A stretch of DNA of 64,000 nt from an uncultured bacterium (GCA_963753285.1 CAVWBT010000001.1:115194-179193), one strand, 5' to 3'. Positions 18,561 through 28,883 are shown, numbered from the stretch's first letter. The notes: generated by a model not told the origin, from the letters alone. Numbers and translations are program-made.

Positions 18561-20423
18561 CTATCTGGAACGCACCACCCGCCGTTGCCGGACCACAGCA
18601 CCGTTATACCCGACCACTTCCAACTGTTCTCCGAACCTTGGCAGCGGCAACGTCAGCGGCGCGTCGTCAGACACGGGCACGGTCCCTGCAACCGGACGCC
18701 CATCGGCGTACACGTCTACCGACGTCAAACCCTTCGACGCAATAACGATCGAACCGCCCGCGACGGCCACTGAAAGCGTTGTCTTCGGTGTGCCGGCGAG
18801 GAGCCGGCCGCACATGTCGAGCAGGTCGGCGTTGCCGTTGAGGAGGTCGTTACGGGTCAACGTGTAGCGGCGATGCCCGGCCACGCCAACATCCTCGATC
18901 GGCAGCCCGGCCGAGGCACCCACCCTTGTTGCCCGGCGGATCGACACGGTGAACCCAACACCGCCTGACAGAACCGGAACGTGGACGGGAGTGCCGACGG
19001 TCAACGCTGCCAGCGTCTCTGCGTTCCACACGTTCGCTCCCCCAGCGCCTGTCGCCTCACCGACAGTGATAAGGGTACCCACCTGGTTGTCGACGAACCC
19101 AGCTGCGAACAGGTCACCTGCCGAATACGTCGTCGAGTCGACCACGGCTATGACAGGGCCGCCGTAGGTCTGCCCGATGTCGTTGCAACGTTCCTCAGCG
19201 GTGATCGCCAACGCCTGCGAATACAGCTCACCGGTCGCCAACGCCGCCTGGAGGCTCGAGCTCCACCGGCCCAGGATGTTCTCGTTCTGACGTGCCTTCG
19301 CCATCGCCACGGTCATGTCGGTGGCCAGCAGCGAGAACCTGACCGGTTCGATCCGGTTCGGAGTGAACAGCTGCAGCAGGCGTTCCGCCGCCCAGATCAA
19401 CCCGCCCGGGTTGGCGCGAAGATCGACGACAAGCCCTTCGGTGGGAAGCTGGGCGACGATCGCAGCGACCTCGTCGACGAAAGCGTCATCGTCGTCGACG
19501 TCGAAACTCCACAACCGCAGGTATCCGATGTCGCCTGAGCTCGTCGTCCGGATGTGACCTGACACGCTGTCCGCGAACCGGCCGGTCACGTCCCCTCGCG
19601 CGTTGAGCCTGATGGGAACAGACGCGAGATCCGGTTCGGAACGCCACAAGGCCGAGTTGAACATGAGCTTTTTTGCCCGTCGGACAACCGCGGCGGTCGG
19701 GTTGACCGCCACCGCAGCGGCTGCCCCAGTCGCTGGGGTGACTGAAGTCGGACCGCTCAACGGGTCGATGACCGCCCACGGGATCCGCACCTCCCGTTCT
19801 GTGCCGTCGCCGGCCCAATATCCAACTGTTACCCACTGTTCGATTGGGGCTGGTTCGAACCGCAACGCCCGGAACGTGAGAGACTCGACGGCCCGTGCCT
19901 GGCCACTGTCAGGTCGGCCGGCGATCTCCAACCGGGCCCGTTCCCTGACAGCCGCAGCGATCGGTGCTCCGTTCCAGGACACCAACTCGACACCCGCAGT
20001 GAACTGCGGGTCGTCAACGAACCCTTCGGCAACCTTCGACACGACGAAGCGGGGCCGGTCATCCTGTCCGTATTGTTCGATGAGGAACGGCAGCCGAGCC
20101 ACCTTGCCTGCCAGTGACGACGGACCGATGTACAGGGTGTGGGCGTCGCGGAGGGACCGGACGATTTCGCCGAGTTCTCGTCGAAATGCGGCGTCGTCGA
20201 GGGATGGGAGCCGCTGGCCAAGCCGGCGGAGCTGTTGCACCGGGTCGATTCCGTACATGGCCCGTTTCAAAGGCATGTGGGCGTAGACACCCTCGAGCAG
20301 CCGGATGAACGTGTCAACGGTCCGCCCCGCATCCTCGATGTCGAAGGCGGGAGCTACGGCTGCAGCCGGGTCGGCTGTTTCGCCGGTACGGGCCTTGCGG
20401 GCTTCGACCTTGCTACGAGTCAT
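18561..20423 (-). CDS. S41-family (C-terminal processing / tricorn-like) peptidase
   Basis: GPVIAVVDSTTYSAGDLFAAGFVDNQVGTLITVGEATGAGGANVW matches the S41 catalytic-domain pattern. Confidence 0.6.
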   Translation of the reverse strand: MTRSKVEARKARTGETADPAAAVAPAFDIEDAGRTVDTFIRLLEGVYAHMPLKRAMYGIDPVQQLRRLGQRLPSLDDAAFRRELGEIVRSLRDAHTLYIGPSSLAGKVARLPFLIEQYGQDDRPRFVVSKVAEGFVDDPQFTAGVELVSWNGAPIAAAVRERARLEIAGRPDSGQARAVESLTFRALRFEPAPIEQWVTVGYWAGDGTEREVRIPWAVIDPLSGPTSVTPATGAAAAVAVNPTAAVVRRAKKLMFNSALWRSEPDLASVPIRLNARGDVTGRFADSVSGHIRTTSSGDIGYLRLWSFDVDDDDAFVDEVAAIVAQLPTEGLVVDLRANPGGLIWAAERLLQLFTPNRIEPVRFSLLATDMTVAMAKARQNENILGRWSSSLQAALATGELYSQALAITAEERCNDIGQTYGGPVIAVVDSTTYSAGDLFAAGFVDNQVGTLITVGEATGAGGANVWNAETLAALTVGTPVHVPVLSGGVGFTVSIRRATRVGASAGLPIEDVGVAGHRRYTLTRNDLLNGNADLLDMCGRLLAGTPKTTLSVAVAGGSIVIASKGLTSVDVYADGRPVAGTVPVSDDAPLTLPLPRFGEQLEVVGYNGAVVRQRRVVRSR

Positions 20424-22044
20424 CGTTGTCCTCGAACAGTCCCGCCGCCCGGGCAAGCACCCCACCGTCGAACCCGTCCGCCGGCAGAGACCGACGCCAC
20501 GACGAGTCATGGGTAAGAGATGGTGGTTTGGTCATCGTGAACTCAACTCCCGGGGGAGGTGGGCCTGCGGCGGCGTAGGCGCTTCCAGGCATGTCCGGTT
20601 CCAGCACGAGCATGGTTCGCAGGGTGCCGGACAGTCCATCGACGTCGTTGTCCCTGACAGCTTCGCTGAGCTCGAGATGAGCCTGGTCGATTGCCTTCCG
20701 TGGGTTGGCCACAACCGTGGTGAGCTCTTCGACGACCTTGGTCCACGTCCACCGTTTCCGTTCCGTCGGGTCGTCCTGGGTCGGCGGTTGCTGCAACGGC
20801 ACATGCCTGGATTCACCGGCGACCGCAACAGCGGTGGTGGATCCGACACCTGCCCGACGCATCAGGTCGCGAGTGCCGTACACGGCCCGGCCGTCGCAGA
20901 TGACCAGTTGGACGTCTGTTTCGCGGGCGAGGACCAGGTTGGTCCACGGATCCGCATGCCGGCGTGTGATCACGACCCCGTCGCCGGCTGCGGCCGGTTC
21001 GAGCCGGCCGACCTGAACTCCCCACGCCTCGGAAATGAGGTCCCCGGGCGCGGCTGTGACCATGACAGCCAGGTCACGATCGGTGAGACCAAGCCCTTCC
21101 TGACGGTTCCACACCCATGCCACTTTCAGTTCGCCGAGCAGGTTCTTCGACCCGGACGGCCCCCAATCCGAACCCAACGCAACCCTGATTCCGTGTGCGA
21201 GTGCGTCGACGACACGGGTGGTCTGCCCGTACAGCCACAGGTTCGAGAACGGTGACCACACAACCCCGCCCGGTGTGTCATTGTCCACCGCTGCTTCCGA
21301 AGCCCACCGGGCAAAGCCCTGCTCGTCGACTGCTGTGCAGTGGACGGCGATCAGCCTGCTTTGAAGACAGCCAGCCCCGGCGACGTCGTCGAACTCGCCT
21401 GAGACACGACTATCGAAGCGTCCTTCCGCCAAGTGGTAGATGAACGATGCTTTACCGTCACGCATGAGCGCGGCCCGTCGGGTGAGCTCGGCTGGGTCCA
21501 ATGTCATGACAGATGTCCTGACACGGTCAGCGCCAAAGTCGTCGTCGATGTTGCGGATCAGTTTGTTCACCGGGCTCCGGTTCCCTGCCGGCCAGCCCTG
21601 TATCGCCGTCGTACCACCGGCCAGGGCCCGTACCTGCACGTACGCCATCAACGCTTCCGGTGCCCCTTTCAGGTACGCGTACGCCGGCCAGCTCACCTGT
21701 TCCTTGTACGTGTCCGCCCCCGGCCACAGGTCGCGGTGCAGCCACGGTGTGGTTCGGGACTCGGACCGCCACAGCCCCAATGCGTTGTACCCCAGATGCG
21801 AATGGAGATCGACGAGGCCCGGGTAAATGTATGCGTCGCCAACGTCGACGTGGACGAAACCTGGTGTCGCCGGCGCCCTCCGCGCCTTCACATGCTCGAC
21901 AACGCCTCGAGGAACGCCAGCCGGTGCCACGGCTTCGTCATCGATCGAAAACCCGACCCGCCCTTCGAATACCCGGTCGGGGTCGTTACGTGCGACCGCT
22001 GCGACCCGGCCTGACAGCTCCAACATCACCTTGATCCGAGCCAT
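20413..22044 (-). CDS. Amidohydrolase-superfamily metallohydrolase
   Basis: YPGLVDLHSHLGYN HxH motif and overall amidohydrolase features. Confidence 0.6.
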   Translation of the reverse strand: MARIKVMLELSGRVAAVARNDPDRVFEGRVGFSIDDEAVAPAGVPRGVVEHVKARRAPATPGFVHVDVGDAYIYPGLVDLHSHLGYNALGLWRSESRTTPWLHRDLWPGADTYKEQVSWPAYAYLKGAPEALMAYVQVRALAGGTTAIQGWPAGNRSPVNKLIRNIDDDFGADRVRTSVMTLDPAELTRRAALMRDGKASFIYHLAEGRFDSRVSGEFDDVAGAGCLQSRLIAVHCTAVDEQGFARWASEAAVDNDTPGGVVWSPFSNLWLYGQTTRVVDALAHGIRVALGSDWGPSGSKNLLGELKVAWVWNRQEGLGLTDRDLAVMVTAAPGDLISEAWGVQVGRLEPAAAGDGVVITRRHADPWTNLVLARETDVQLVICDGRAVYGTRDLMRRAGVGSTTAVAVAGESRHVPLQQPPTQDDPTERKRWTWTKVVEELTTVVANPRKAIDQAHLELSEAVRDNDVDGLSGTLRTMLVLEPDMPGSAYAAAGPPPPGVEFTMTKPPSLTHDSSWRRSLPADGFDGGVLARAAGLFEDNDDS

Positions 22045-22069
22045 TCGTCCCAACCTGAAGCTGCCTTGG

Positions 22070-23947
22070 TCACAGTGAGCTCAACAGGTCCACTGCGGCC
22101 GTTTCAGCAGCGTTCAAGGGTTCGGGTTGAAGGTTTGAAGCCCAGCCCGGCATGCGGATCTTGAAGTAGTCGAAGGACACTTTCCCGTCGAGGTCAGCCT
22201 GGGCGGCCCGGTCTCCGCTGGTGGCCTGCCATCGGAGCGTCCCGAACGGCAGATCCTTGCGGGGAATCTGTTCTCGTTCCCCGTGGAAGTCAAAGGTCGG
22301 GTTGGTCACGTCCTTGTCGTAGGTCAACCCGGACAGAGTGTCGAGCGCTGCCCGCCAACTCGTCGCATACCCGGACTGGCGGGGTCCCTTCATCTCGACG
22401 ACTGGCACACCAGTAGGTGTCACATGGTCAGTCAGCCGGTGAGCGAGCGGACCGCACACGACCAGCACCGTCGGGTCGGCCCGGCGGATGATCTCCCGGT
22501 ACAGGGCTCGAACAGATGGATGGTCGACCACTGTTCGGACAGTCGCCTGGTCGTCTTCGAGGGTGTCGACCGGGAGCACCCGGATGATTGCGTACCGGTC
22601 GGTGACACCTGCAGCGGTGAGGAACGCCTGCAATCGTTGGCCGCCCTGGCCGGTCGCCGCCCGCATGATGAACAAGTCGTCATGGGATTCCTGGTCGGCG
22701 AGGACAAGCAGAGAGGGGTTGTTGAGCCGGCCCCGGTAGATCGGCCCGTACCCCAACGATGGTGCACACTTGAGGCCGAGGGTAGTGAAGTCGGGCCATG
22801 CGAACCCAGACGTGCCGCCGGACATGAGCCGTGCCATCGACGCTGTCGGCCCCTTGTCGAAATCTCTCCCGACCCGAGGTGGCTCCCAGGCCCGGTCCCC
22901 TTCAGGTGCGGAGTATCCGTCGATGGTGCCGGTGTTCGACCCCGAGTAAGACACGTTGTCGCCGTCGTTGTTGTACGACCCGTTGGCAGAGAACAGTTGG
23001 ATGGACAGTTGCCCGTCCCGCCGGTTTGACGAGGTGGCGCCCCGACCGAGCCGCCATGGCACTCCGAACGGAAAGTCACGGAACGGGATCGGCGTCGCCC
23101 CGTACGTGTACGAGCTCGCAGGCGCTCGGGTCATGCCAGGGTCGGGCGGTAGCCAACCCGGATGGTCGGCCGCCCAGGTTTCCACCTGTGCAATCGCCGC
23201 CATGAAGCTGGCTTTGATCTTCGTGACCGCCCCACCCTTGGTGGCACCGCCCGGATGAAGCACACCGACCATACGCAGGTTGGGCGAGATGACGGTTGCG
23301 TCGGCGTCGTCGAGATGGTCGGGGTCGGCGGTGCCGCCATGTGACTGCACCCACGACGCGAGTGACTCCTTGGCGGCCGCTCCAACGGCGACCGCCAGAT
23401 GGACATCGTTGCGGGCGGTCACGTAGTCGAACAGTTCTCTCCGGTGCCGGGCGATCGGCGACCCGGGATGCTGAGCGAGGGTTGGAAGGATCCCGTTGTA
23501 CTGACCGAAGATCGGATACACGAACGTGTTGAGAAACAGGTACGACCGATCGAACCCGAGATGAGCCAACAAGTGTTGCATCCGGGCACCAGTGCCGCCG
23601 GTGAACGACCGGTGACTCAACGACTCATCCTGGGCGCCTTCCTGGCCGACGACAAGCACCCGGACCTGATTGTCGCCGAGCCGTCCCCGGTAGAACATCG
23701 GGCCGAAATGCCACCGGTACTCTTCGTCACCGGTCAACGACAACCCCAGACCCCGATAGTTGGGCGCTTCTGCGAAGATCCTCAACCAGCTGCGGTTCTT
23801 TGGTGGGCCCGAGTCGAACTCCCATGGTGAACCGCGGTCCTGCCAGTACTCGTCCCACATCGTTTGATCCTCCTCGCAGGCCGGGACCATCCGGCCACCC
23901 ACGATGGGTGTAGCCGTCCTGACCCGAACGGCTGTGCTTGAGAGCAT
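22070..23947 (-). CDS. Protein with two tandem uracil-DNA-glycosylase-superfamily (family 4-like) domains, the second degenerate
   Basis: RVLVVGQEGAQDE..RSFTGGTGARMQHLL..GFDRSYLFLNTFVYP matches the UDG motif pattern VGEGPGEEE..RPFVGKAGQLL..YITNIVKCRP. A second copy of the pattern is at LLVLADQESHDD..RAATGQGGQRLQAFL..RYAIIRVLP. Confidence 0.4.
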   Translation of the reverse strand: MLSSTAVRVRTATPIVGGRMVPACEEDQTMWDEYWQDRGSPWEFDSGPPKNRSWLRIFAEAPNYRGLGLSLTGDEEYRWHFGPMFYRGRLGDNQVRVLVVGQEGAQDESLSHRSFTGGTGARMQHLLAHLGFDRSYLFLNTFVYPIFGQYNGILPTLAQHPGSPIARHRRELFDYVTARNDVHLAVAVGAAAKESLASWVQSHGGTADPDHLDDADATVISPNLRMVGVLHPGGATKGGAVTKIKASFMAAIAQVETWAADHPGWLPPDPGMTRAPASSYTYGATPIPFRDFPFGVPWRLGRGATSSNRRDGQLSIQLFSANGSYNNDGDNVSYSGSNTGTIDGYSAPEGDRAWEPPRVGRDFDKGPTASMARLMSGGTSGFAWPDFTTLGLKCAPSLGYGPIYRGRLNNPSLLVLADQESHDDLFIMRAATGQGGQRLQAFLTAAGVTDRYAIIRVLPVDTLEDDQATVRTVVDHPSVRALYREIIRRADPTVLVVCGPLAHRLTDHVTPTGVPVVEMKGPRQSGYATSWRAALDTLSGLTYDKDVTNPTFDFHGEREQIPRKDLPFGTLRWQATSGDRAAQADLDGKVSFDYFKIRMPGWASNLQPEPLNAAETAAVDLLSSL

Positions 23948-24077
23948 GCGGTCAACAACAGCATGATGTCAAGCATCGAGTGGTTGAAGACCAGTCGTCC
24001 GCAAAGCCGGGCTGCGCACCCGACCGTCGGCCAACCTGGCGCATCGGTGCACTGTTGATGCTGCCGCCGCTCCGCCC

Positions 24078-24332
24078 TGGGATGGGGGTGACGGCAACGC
24101 AACTGATTACCGGGCCAACCAATGCTCGACCGGATCGACCAGTACCCGCTGTCAGAGGACTCGGCGCTGTGGGGCAAGACGGTCACCGACGAACGGCACG
24201 CCCTGGTCGATGACGAAGCCGTCGCGCACTGATCAGCGAGTCGAGGACACGAACGCCCATTCCGTCGAGTGCTCGGGATCCGCACGTGTAGAGCGGCCCG
24301 GGGTGGTCGGACAAGCGTCGCCAGCACGACCT
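24078..24332. repeat. 255-bp dispersed repeat, copy 2, inserted in the 3' part of cpaF
   Basis: Near-identical to 9345-9600. Confidence 0.7.
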
Positions 24333-25131
24333 TCACGAGGTCGCGGAGCGTGATCGCCCCGGAGCCGTCGAGACCTGGGGGTCTCGCTTCGTAGTACGAA
24401 CCGTGGACGAGGGGCACGTGCAACTCGCGCACTTCCTCGCAGCAACGGATGCAGTGCGAGGTGGGGGCTGCGTTCATGAGCGCAGCCAGAAGCGACGTTT
24501 TTCCCGCCCCCGGCTGACCGGAGATCACGATGCTGGACGTGGTTTGCATCACGTGCTTGAGGAACGACGCAGCGGCCGACGAAATCGAGTCGAATTCGAC
24601 GAGCGACCCGAGGGTCTCTTTTCGAAGGGCATAGCGACGCACCGTCACGGACGTCTGGTCGGCGATCGGCGGGATGACCGCAGTCAGACGAGCAGAGTTG
24701 TCCAGAACGCGCGCCTGCACGATCGGGTTGGCAGCGTCCAGTCGGCGGTCTGATCGGGCGAGGAGGCGGTCGATGACGTGCTTGTTCTCTTCGGCCGTGG
24801 TCGGCTCGTCGAGGCTGCGCAGACGGCCGGTCCCGTCGATGTACGTGACTCTGGCGCCTTCGATGAAGATCTCCTCGATGTCGGGGCGCTGGAGCAGATC
24901 GGTCAACGGCCCGTACTCGGCGAGCGACCTGGTGACTCGAGCGATCATCTCGCCGGGGTTGCCGAGTGTTCGCTCGTCACCGATGTGGGCGCGGCGCTGG
25001 TACTCCTCCACCGATCTCGTGACCACCTGCCTGATCGAGTCGACATCGGCGTCGGCGTCGAGGCGCTGCTCCTCGACGAGTTGCAACGCCCGGCGGCGGA
25101 TGTCGAGATAGGCGTTGCCGCGCTCACTCAT
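24333..25131 (-). pseudogene. cpaF: CpaF/TadA-type pilus assembly ATPase, 3'-truncated (N-terminal ~266 aa only)
   Basis: Walker A VISGQPGAGKTSLLAALM, then IRCCEEVRELH and AITLRDLVKVVLA. Homology stops exactly at the repeat boundary. Asp and His boxes are missing. Confidence 0.6.
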
Positions 25132-26297
25132 GCTGCGACCTCGGGCACGAAGCGGTCGACCCACCGGTCGAGAGCCTTCCGGAATCGTCCCTTGCCGACC
25201 AGGGTGCCGTCCCATGCGGCCCGTTCGACGACATCGTCGCTCGGAATGAAGCCGAACGACGCGGGCTGGTAGGTGCGCGTGATCTCTTCGACCAGTTCGC
25301 CGCGACGAAACTGATCCCTCGGGGCTCGATTGATCAGCACGTCGATTGGCGCGCCACCGGTCAGCCGGTCTGCGTCGGCGAGCCATCGCAACGTGCGGGC
25401 CACCCCGACCGGTGATGGCAGTCCGACGGCGATGACACGGTCGGCGATCTCGACGAGCCGACGGGAAACGCCGAACCGTTCGTTCGATGCACCGAAGCCG
25501 AGGGTCTCGATGTGGCTTCCGACGTTGACCACGACATGATCGAACAGGCTCGACAACTCGGCGATCAGGTCGGCGACCTGGTTGGGCCGGACCTCTGACC
25601 AGTCGGTGACGTTCGGCAGCCCTGGAATCACAGCGATCGAGTCCACCAGGTGCATGACACCGGTGACCGGCCCGGTTCGATGCTCGAGGACGTCGATGGC
25701 CGTGCGGATGTTGGGGTGGATCGGAAGTCCAAGACGTTGTGCGATGCTCGGATTCGTCTCGTCGCCGTCGATGAGAACCACCCGTCTTCCGGCTTCGCCC
25801 AGTCGTGCCGCGATGCCGATCGCCACCTCGGTCGTCCCGGTACCGCCGGCAGGTCCACCGATGGCGAACACGGCTTGCATGCGGCGCTCGGGCACTTCCG
25901 GAACCGGCTCCTGTCGGACGGACTCGGCAAGCGTCGCGGTGACGACCGTCTGCGCGACTCGTCCGATCACCCTGAGGAACTCGTCGGGGTGCGCGCCGGC
26001 CTCCACCACATCTGCGACACCACACTCGAGCAGGCGATCCTTTCCGTCCGCGAACTCGGCCGGGTCGTAGACGCCGACGACCTCACGACCGCTGGCCTTG
26101 ATCAACTCGACGAGCCGAGGTGTGAGAAACGAGCAGATGTCGTCGATGAGCAGGACGTCGAATGTCTCGCCGAAGAGGTCCTCGGGGCCCATCGCGGTGA
26201 CCCGAACTCGAGCGCCTCCGTGATCGGCGAGGAATCGGTGCAGGTCATCGGACCAGCCCCTGGCGGAGAGCGCGAGCGCAAGCTCGGTTTCGGTCAT
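25128..26297 (-). CDS. cpaE: TadZ/CpaE-like pilus assembly protein (ParA/MinD-family ATPase with N-terminal receiver-like domain)
   Basis: AIGGPAGGTGTTEVAIGIAARL deviant Walker A. 4-nt ATGA overlap with the cpaF start. Confidence 0.6.
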   Translation of the reverse strand: MTETELALALSARGWSDDLHRFLADHGGARVRVTAMGPEDLFGETFDVLLIDDICSFLTPRLVELIKASGREVVGVYDPAEFADGKDRLLECGVADVVEAGAHPDEFLRVIGRVAQTVVTATLAESVRQEPVPEVPERRMQAVFAIGGPAGGTGTTEVAIGIAARLGEAGRRVVLIDGDETNPSIAQRLGLPIHPNIRTAIDVLEHRTGPVTGVMHLVDSIAVIPGLPNVTDWSEVRPNQVADLIAELSSLFDHVVVNVGSHIETLGFGASNERFGVSRRLVEIADRVIAVGLPSPVGVARTLRWLADADRLTGGAPIDVLINRAPRDQFRRGELVEEITRTYQPASFGFIPSDDVVERAAWDGTLVGKGRFRKALDRWVDRFVPEVAA

Positions 26298-27025
26298 GGC
26301 GCCGAGGCCGACTCGAGTTCGTCGGCGCCCGCTTCGTCGGAGGGCAAGCGGTCGGCAACAGGGGCATCCGCACCTGTCGAACGGACGACTTCGATCTGCC
26401 CCGAGTTCAGCGCCTCGGCCAGTTTGAGCGCTTGCACATCATCGACCGCGACGGTGATGGAGAATGCCTGAGAAGCGGAGAAGGCTCCACCGGTGCGCTC
26501 GTTGTTCGTCGTATCGATCACCTCGATACCCGTCACGACGTATCGGGCGACGTCATCGTCGACCCAGATCACATCGACCCGGTCACCGACGCTGATATCG
26601 CCTCCGACGGCATGATCTCGCCCGACTGCAAGGGCGATCGCTCGTTGATCGATCGGGTTGACCGATTCGACGAGATCGCTCTTCACGAACATCTCTCCGG
26701 CCTGCATCGGAGAGGAGAGGATGAACCCGGTGACGCCCTCGACTTCGTCGGCGGTGACGAGTGGAGCCAGCACATCGTCTGAGCCGTTGAGCTCGACGTA
26801 GTCCACGTGGGAAGCTTCTCGGATCGCCACGCCTGCGTTGATGTCGGTGGCTGCGACCGCGATCAGGACGACGTCGTCCCTCGCTCGGAGAATCGCGAGA
26901 TTGGCGATGAACGCGAGGATGCCTGCCACGATCATGAGGATCTGGGCGGCGGATGCTCGCGACCACCACGGCCGCTTCCCCACCGGGAGCGGTTCGACCA
27001 CTCCCTCGACGTCTTGTGCGACCAT
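26294..27025 (-). CDS. cpaB: CpaB/RcpC-like Flp pilus assembly protein (TM + SAF domain)
   Basis: N-terminal TM helix and SAF-like region. Overlaps the tadZ start. Confidence 0.55.
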   Translation of the reverse strand: MVAQDVEGVVEPLPVGKRPWWSRASAAQILMIVAGILAFIANLAILRARDDVVLIAVAATDINAGVAIREASHVDYVELNGSDDVLAPLVTADEVEGVTGFILSSPMQAGEMFVKSDLVESVNPIDQRAIALAVGRDHAVGGDISVGDRVDVIWVDDDVARYVVTGIEVIDTTNNERTGGAFSASQAFSITVAVDDVQALKLAEALNSGQIEVVRSTGADAPVADRLPSDEAGADELESASAP

Positions 27026-27151
27026 GCTCCCTCCCCAGCCTCAGGACTTCGGGTTGGAAGCCAGCGCTCCATCCCGTCCTGGGACACTCCGGTCGCCGGT
27101 CAGGGTATCCGTACAATCGGTGGCTGTGAACCCCCAAAGTCGGGATGGATG

Positions 27152-27700
27152 AGCATGGCCGACTGGCCGAACGACCCGCTGGAAGAGCTGGCCCGAGAGC
27201 TGCGTCAGACCGTGGGCGCCGAACTCCGCGCCGAGGCGGAGATCAGCGAACACGAGACCCACATCGGGCGGCTCCGCCGACTGGGCATGTCGGATGTCGG
27301 CCGTGCTGCGATGCACCGTGGCGATGTGGTCTCGCTGATCACCTCGACCCACACGATCACGGGAACCGTCGCATACGTCGGGAAGGACTACCTGGTCTGC
27401 CAGACGCCGACCGAGGTCGTCGACGCCCCCTTCGAGCGAATCGTGATCAGAGTGGAGCGACGCCCCCACGGTGGACACGACGCCAGGGGCGGATCGATCA
27501 CGTTCAAGGCCAGGCTCTCGGAGTTCGAGCACTCGGGCGAGATGGTGACGATGACCACCGCCGATGCAGCTCTCGAGGTGCACGGGCGCATCGCGGTCGT
27601 GGCGACCGATCACTGCATCGTCGAGGAGCCCGATGGGCCACGGCTCCACATCCCGATCAGCCAGATCACGCTGGTGATCCGGCAACGTTCGGATGTATGA
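27152..27700 (+). CDS. Hypothetical protein (182 aa), divergent from the tad genes
   Basis: Coherent ORF MSMADWPNDPLEELAREL... No recognised domain. Confidence 0.4.
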   Translation, partial: SMADWPNDPLEELARELRQTVGAELRAEAEISEHETHIGRLRRLGMSDVGRAAMHRGDVVSLITSTHTITGTVAYVGKDYLVCQTPTEVVDAPFERIVIRVERRPHGGHDARGGSITFKARLSEFEHSGEMVTMTTADAALEVHGRIAVVATDHCIVEEPDGPRLHIPISQITLVIRQRSDV

Positions 27701-27721
27701 GCGAGCGGCCGGCATGGTAGA

Positions 27722-27952
27722 TCAGGTCTGTTCGGCGTCGACGTCCTCTTCACTTTCTGCAGTGACCGGATGCGCTTTGAGGAACTCGTAGATCTCGTCC
27801 CGGAAGAATTTGAACGTCCTGCCGCCGGGCAACTTGTAGGCAGGCAGCCGCTCCTCTCGGGCGTAGCGGCGAACCATCTGGACGTTCATGCCCAGCAGTT
27901 CGGCCACCTGTGCCGCGTCGAGGATGGGGGGATAGTCGTCGGTTTCGGCCAT
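27722..27952 (-). CDS. Excisionase-family helix-turn-helix DNA-binding protein
   Basis: LDAAQVAELLGMNVQMVRRYAREERLPAYKLPGGRTFKFFRDEIYEFL. gagagg RBS. Confidence 0.55.
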   Translation of the reverse strand: MAETDDYPPILDAAQVAELLGMNVQMVRRYAREERLPAYKLPGGRTFKFFRDEIYEFLKAHPVTAESEEDVDAEQT

Positions 27953-28116
27953 TCGGGCATCACCTCTCGGTCGTTCGACCTGTCGTTCTCCTCGCAGCCG
28001 AGGAATAGGAATCGATCCGTGATCGATCGATGCGTTGTTCGACAGTAGCTTACGTTCCATTCGGAGCCATCGGAAGTGTTTCGGCTCCACACCGCAATCG
28101 TCCTAGGCTCTGAGCC

Positions 28117-28602
28117 ATGCAGGACGAACCCGCCAACGAGGAATCCACCCGGGCGATGACACCCCAGGTGATCGAACCGGAATCGGATGTCTCGGGTGAG
28201 GCGATCACCGAACCGACCAAGTTGATCCGTATCGCCTCGATGACTCGGGCGATGCTCGAGGAGGTCCGCCAGGCTCCGCTCGACGAGGACGGTCGCAAGC
28301 GGTTGAGCGAGATCCACCAGCAGTCGCTCGTGGAGCTGAGGGAGGTCCTCTCCCCCGAACTGGCGGAGGAGTTCGATGAGATCTTCCCTCCCTTCGACGA
28401 GGAGAGCACCCCGTCGGAGTCCCTGATCCGCGTCGCCCAAGCTCAGCTGATCGGCTGGCTCGAAGGGCTCTTCCACGGCATCCAGGCGACGTTGTTCAGC
28501 CAACAGATGGCAGCGCGCGCCCAGCTCGCCGAGATGCAACAACAGCAACCGAGGATCGCCCCGGGGCGGGAGACCGACCCGGCAACCGGCCTCTACCTCT
28601 GA
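28117..28602 (+). CDS. Bacterial proteasome activator Bpa (PafE)-like protein
   Basis: Size, helical composition and C-terminal GLYL tail resembling the GQYL proteasome-docking motif of Bpa. Confidence 0.45.
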   Translation: MQDEPANEESTRAMTPQVIEPESDVSGEAITEPTKLIRIASMTRAMLEEVRQAPLDEDGRKRLSEIHQQSLVELREVLSPELAEEFDEIFPPFDEESTPSESLIRVAQAQLIGWLEGLFHGIQATLFSQQMAARAQLAEMQQQQPRIAPGRETDPATGLYL

Positions 28603-28606
28603 ACGC

Positions 28607-28831
28607 TCACCGCTCCGCCCACGGGCAGTGCCGGCAACCTGTGTCACAGCACGATCCGCGTTCCCACAGCCCTTCGGCGGTCATGACCCACAGCCCGGTC
28701 ACCGGATCGGCATAGAGCACCTCACCGGAGGCCATCGCACGTCGATGGTGCAGGAGGATCAGGTCATAGTGGGGGTGGCTGGGGTCCAGCCGGCTCGGGG
28801 CGGGTGTGACCAGTGACTCGGGCAGACGCAC
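28607..28831 (-). CDS. Small Cys-rich hypothetical protein (74 aa)
   Basis: ..GSCCDTGCRHCPW.. cysteine cluster. Confidence 0.3.
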   Translation of the reverse strand: MRLPESLVTPAPSRLDPSHPHYDLILLHHRRAMASGEVLYADPVTGLWVMTAEGLWERGSCCDTGCRHCPWAER

Positions 28832-28883
28832 GACCCGATTCTCGCAGTTCTGATTCCGACCGACACGTCATACGCTCTACGAC

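Noticed and set aside
23782-26025. 747-aa Arg-rich ORF on the minus strand
   Set aside because: High-GC frame artefact. Its 5' two-thirds are out of frame with the real cpaE/tadZ gene and its 3' part reads through cpaF into the 255-bp repeat. Only the cpaF segment is real.
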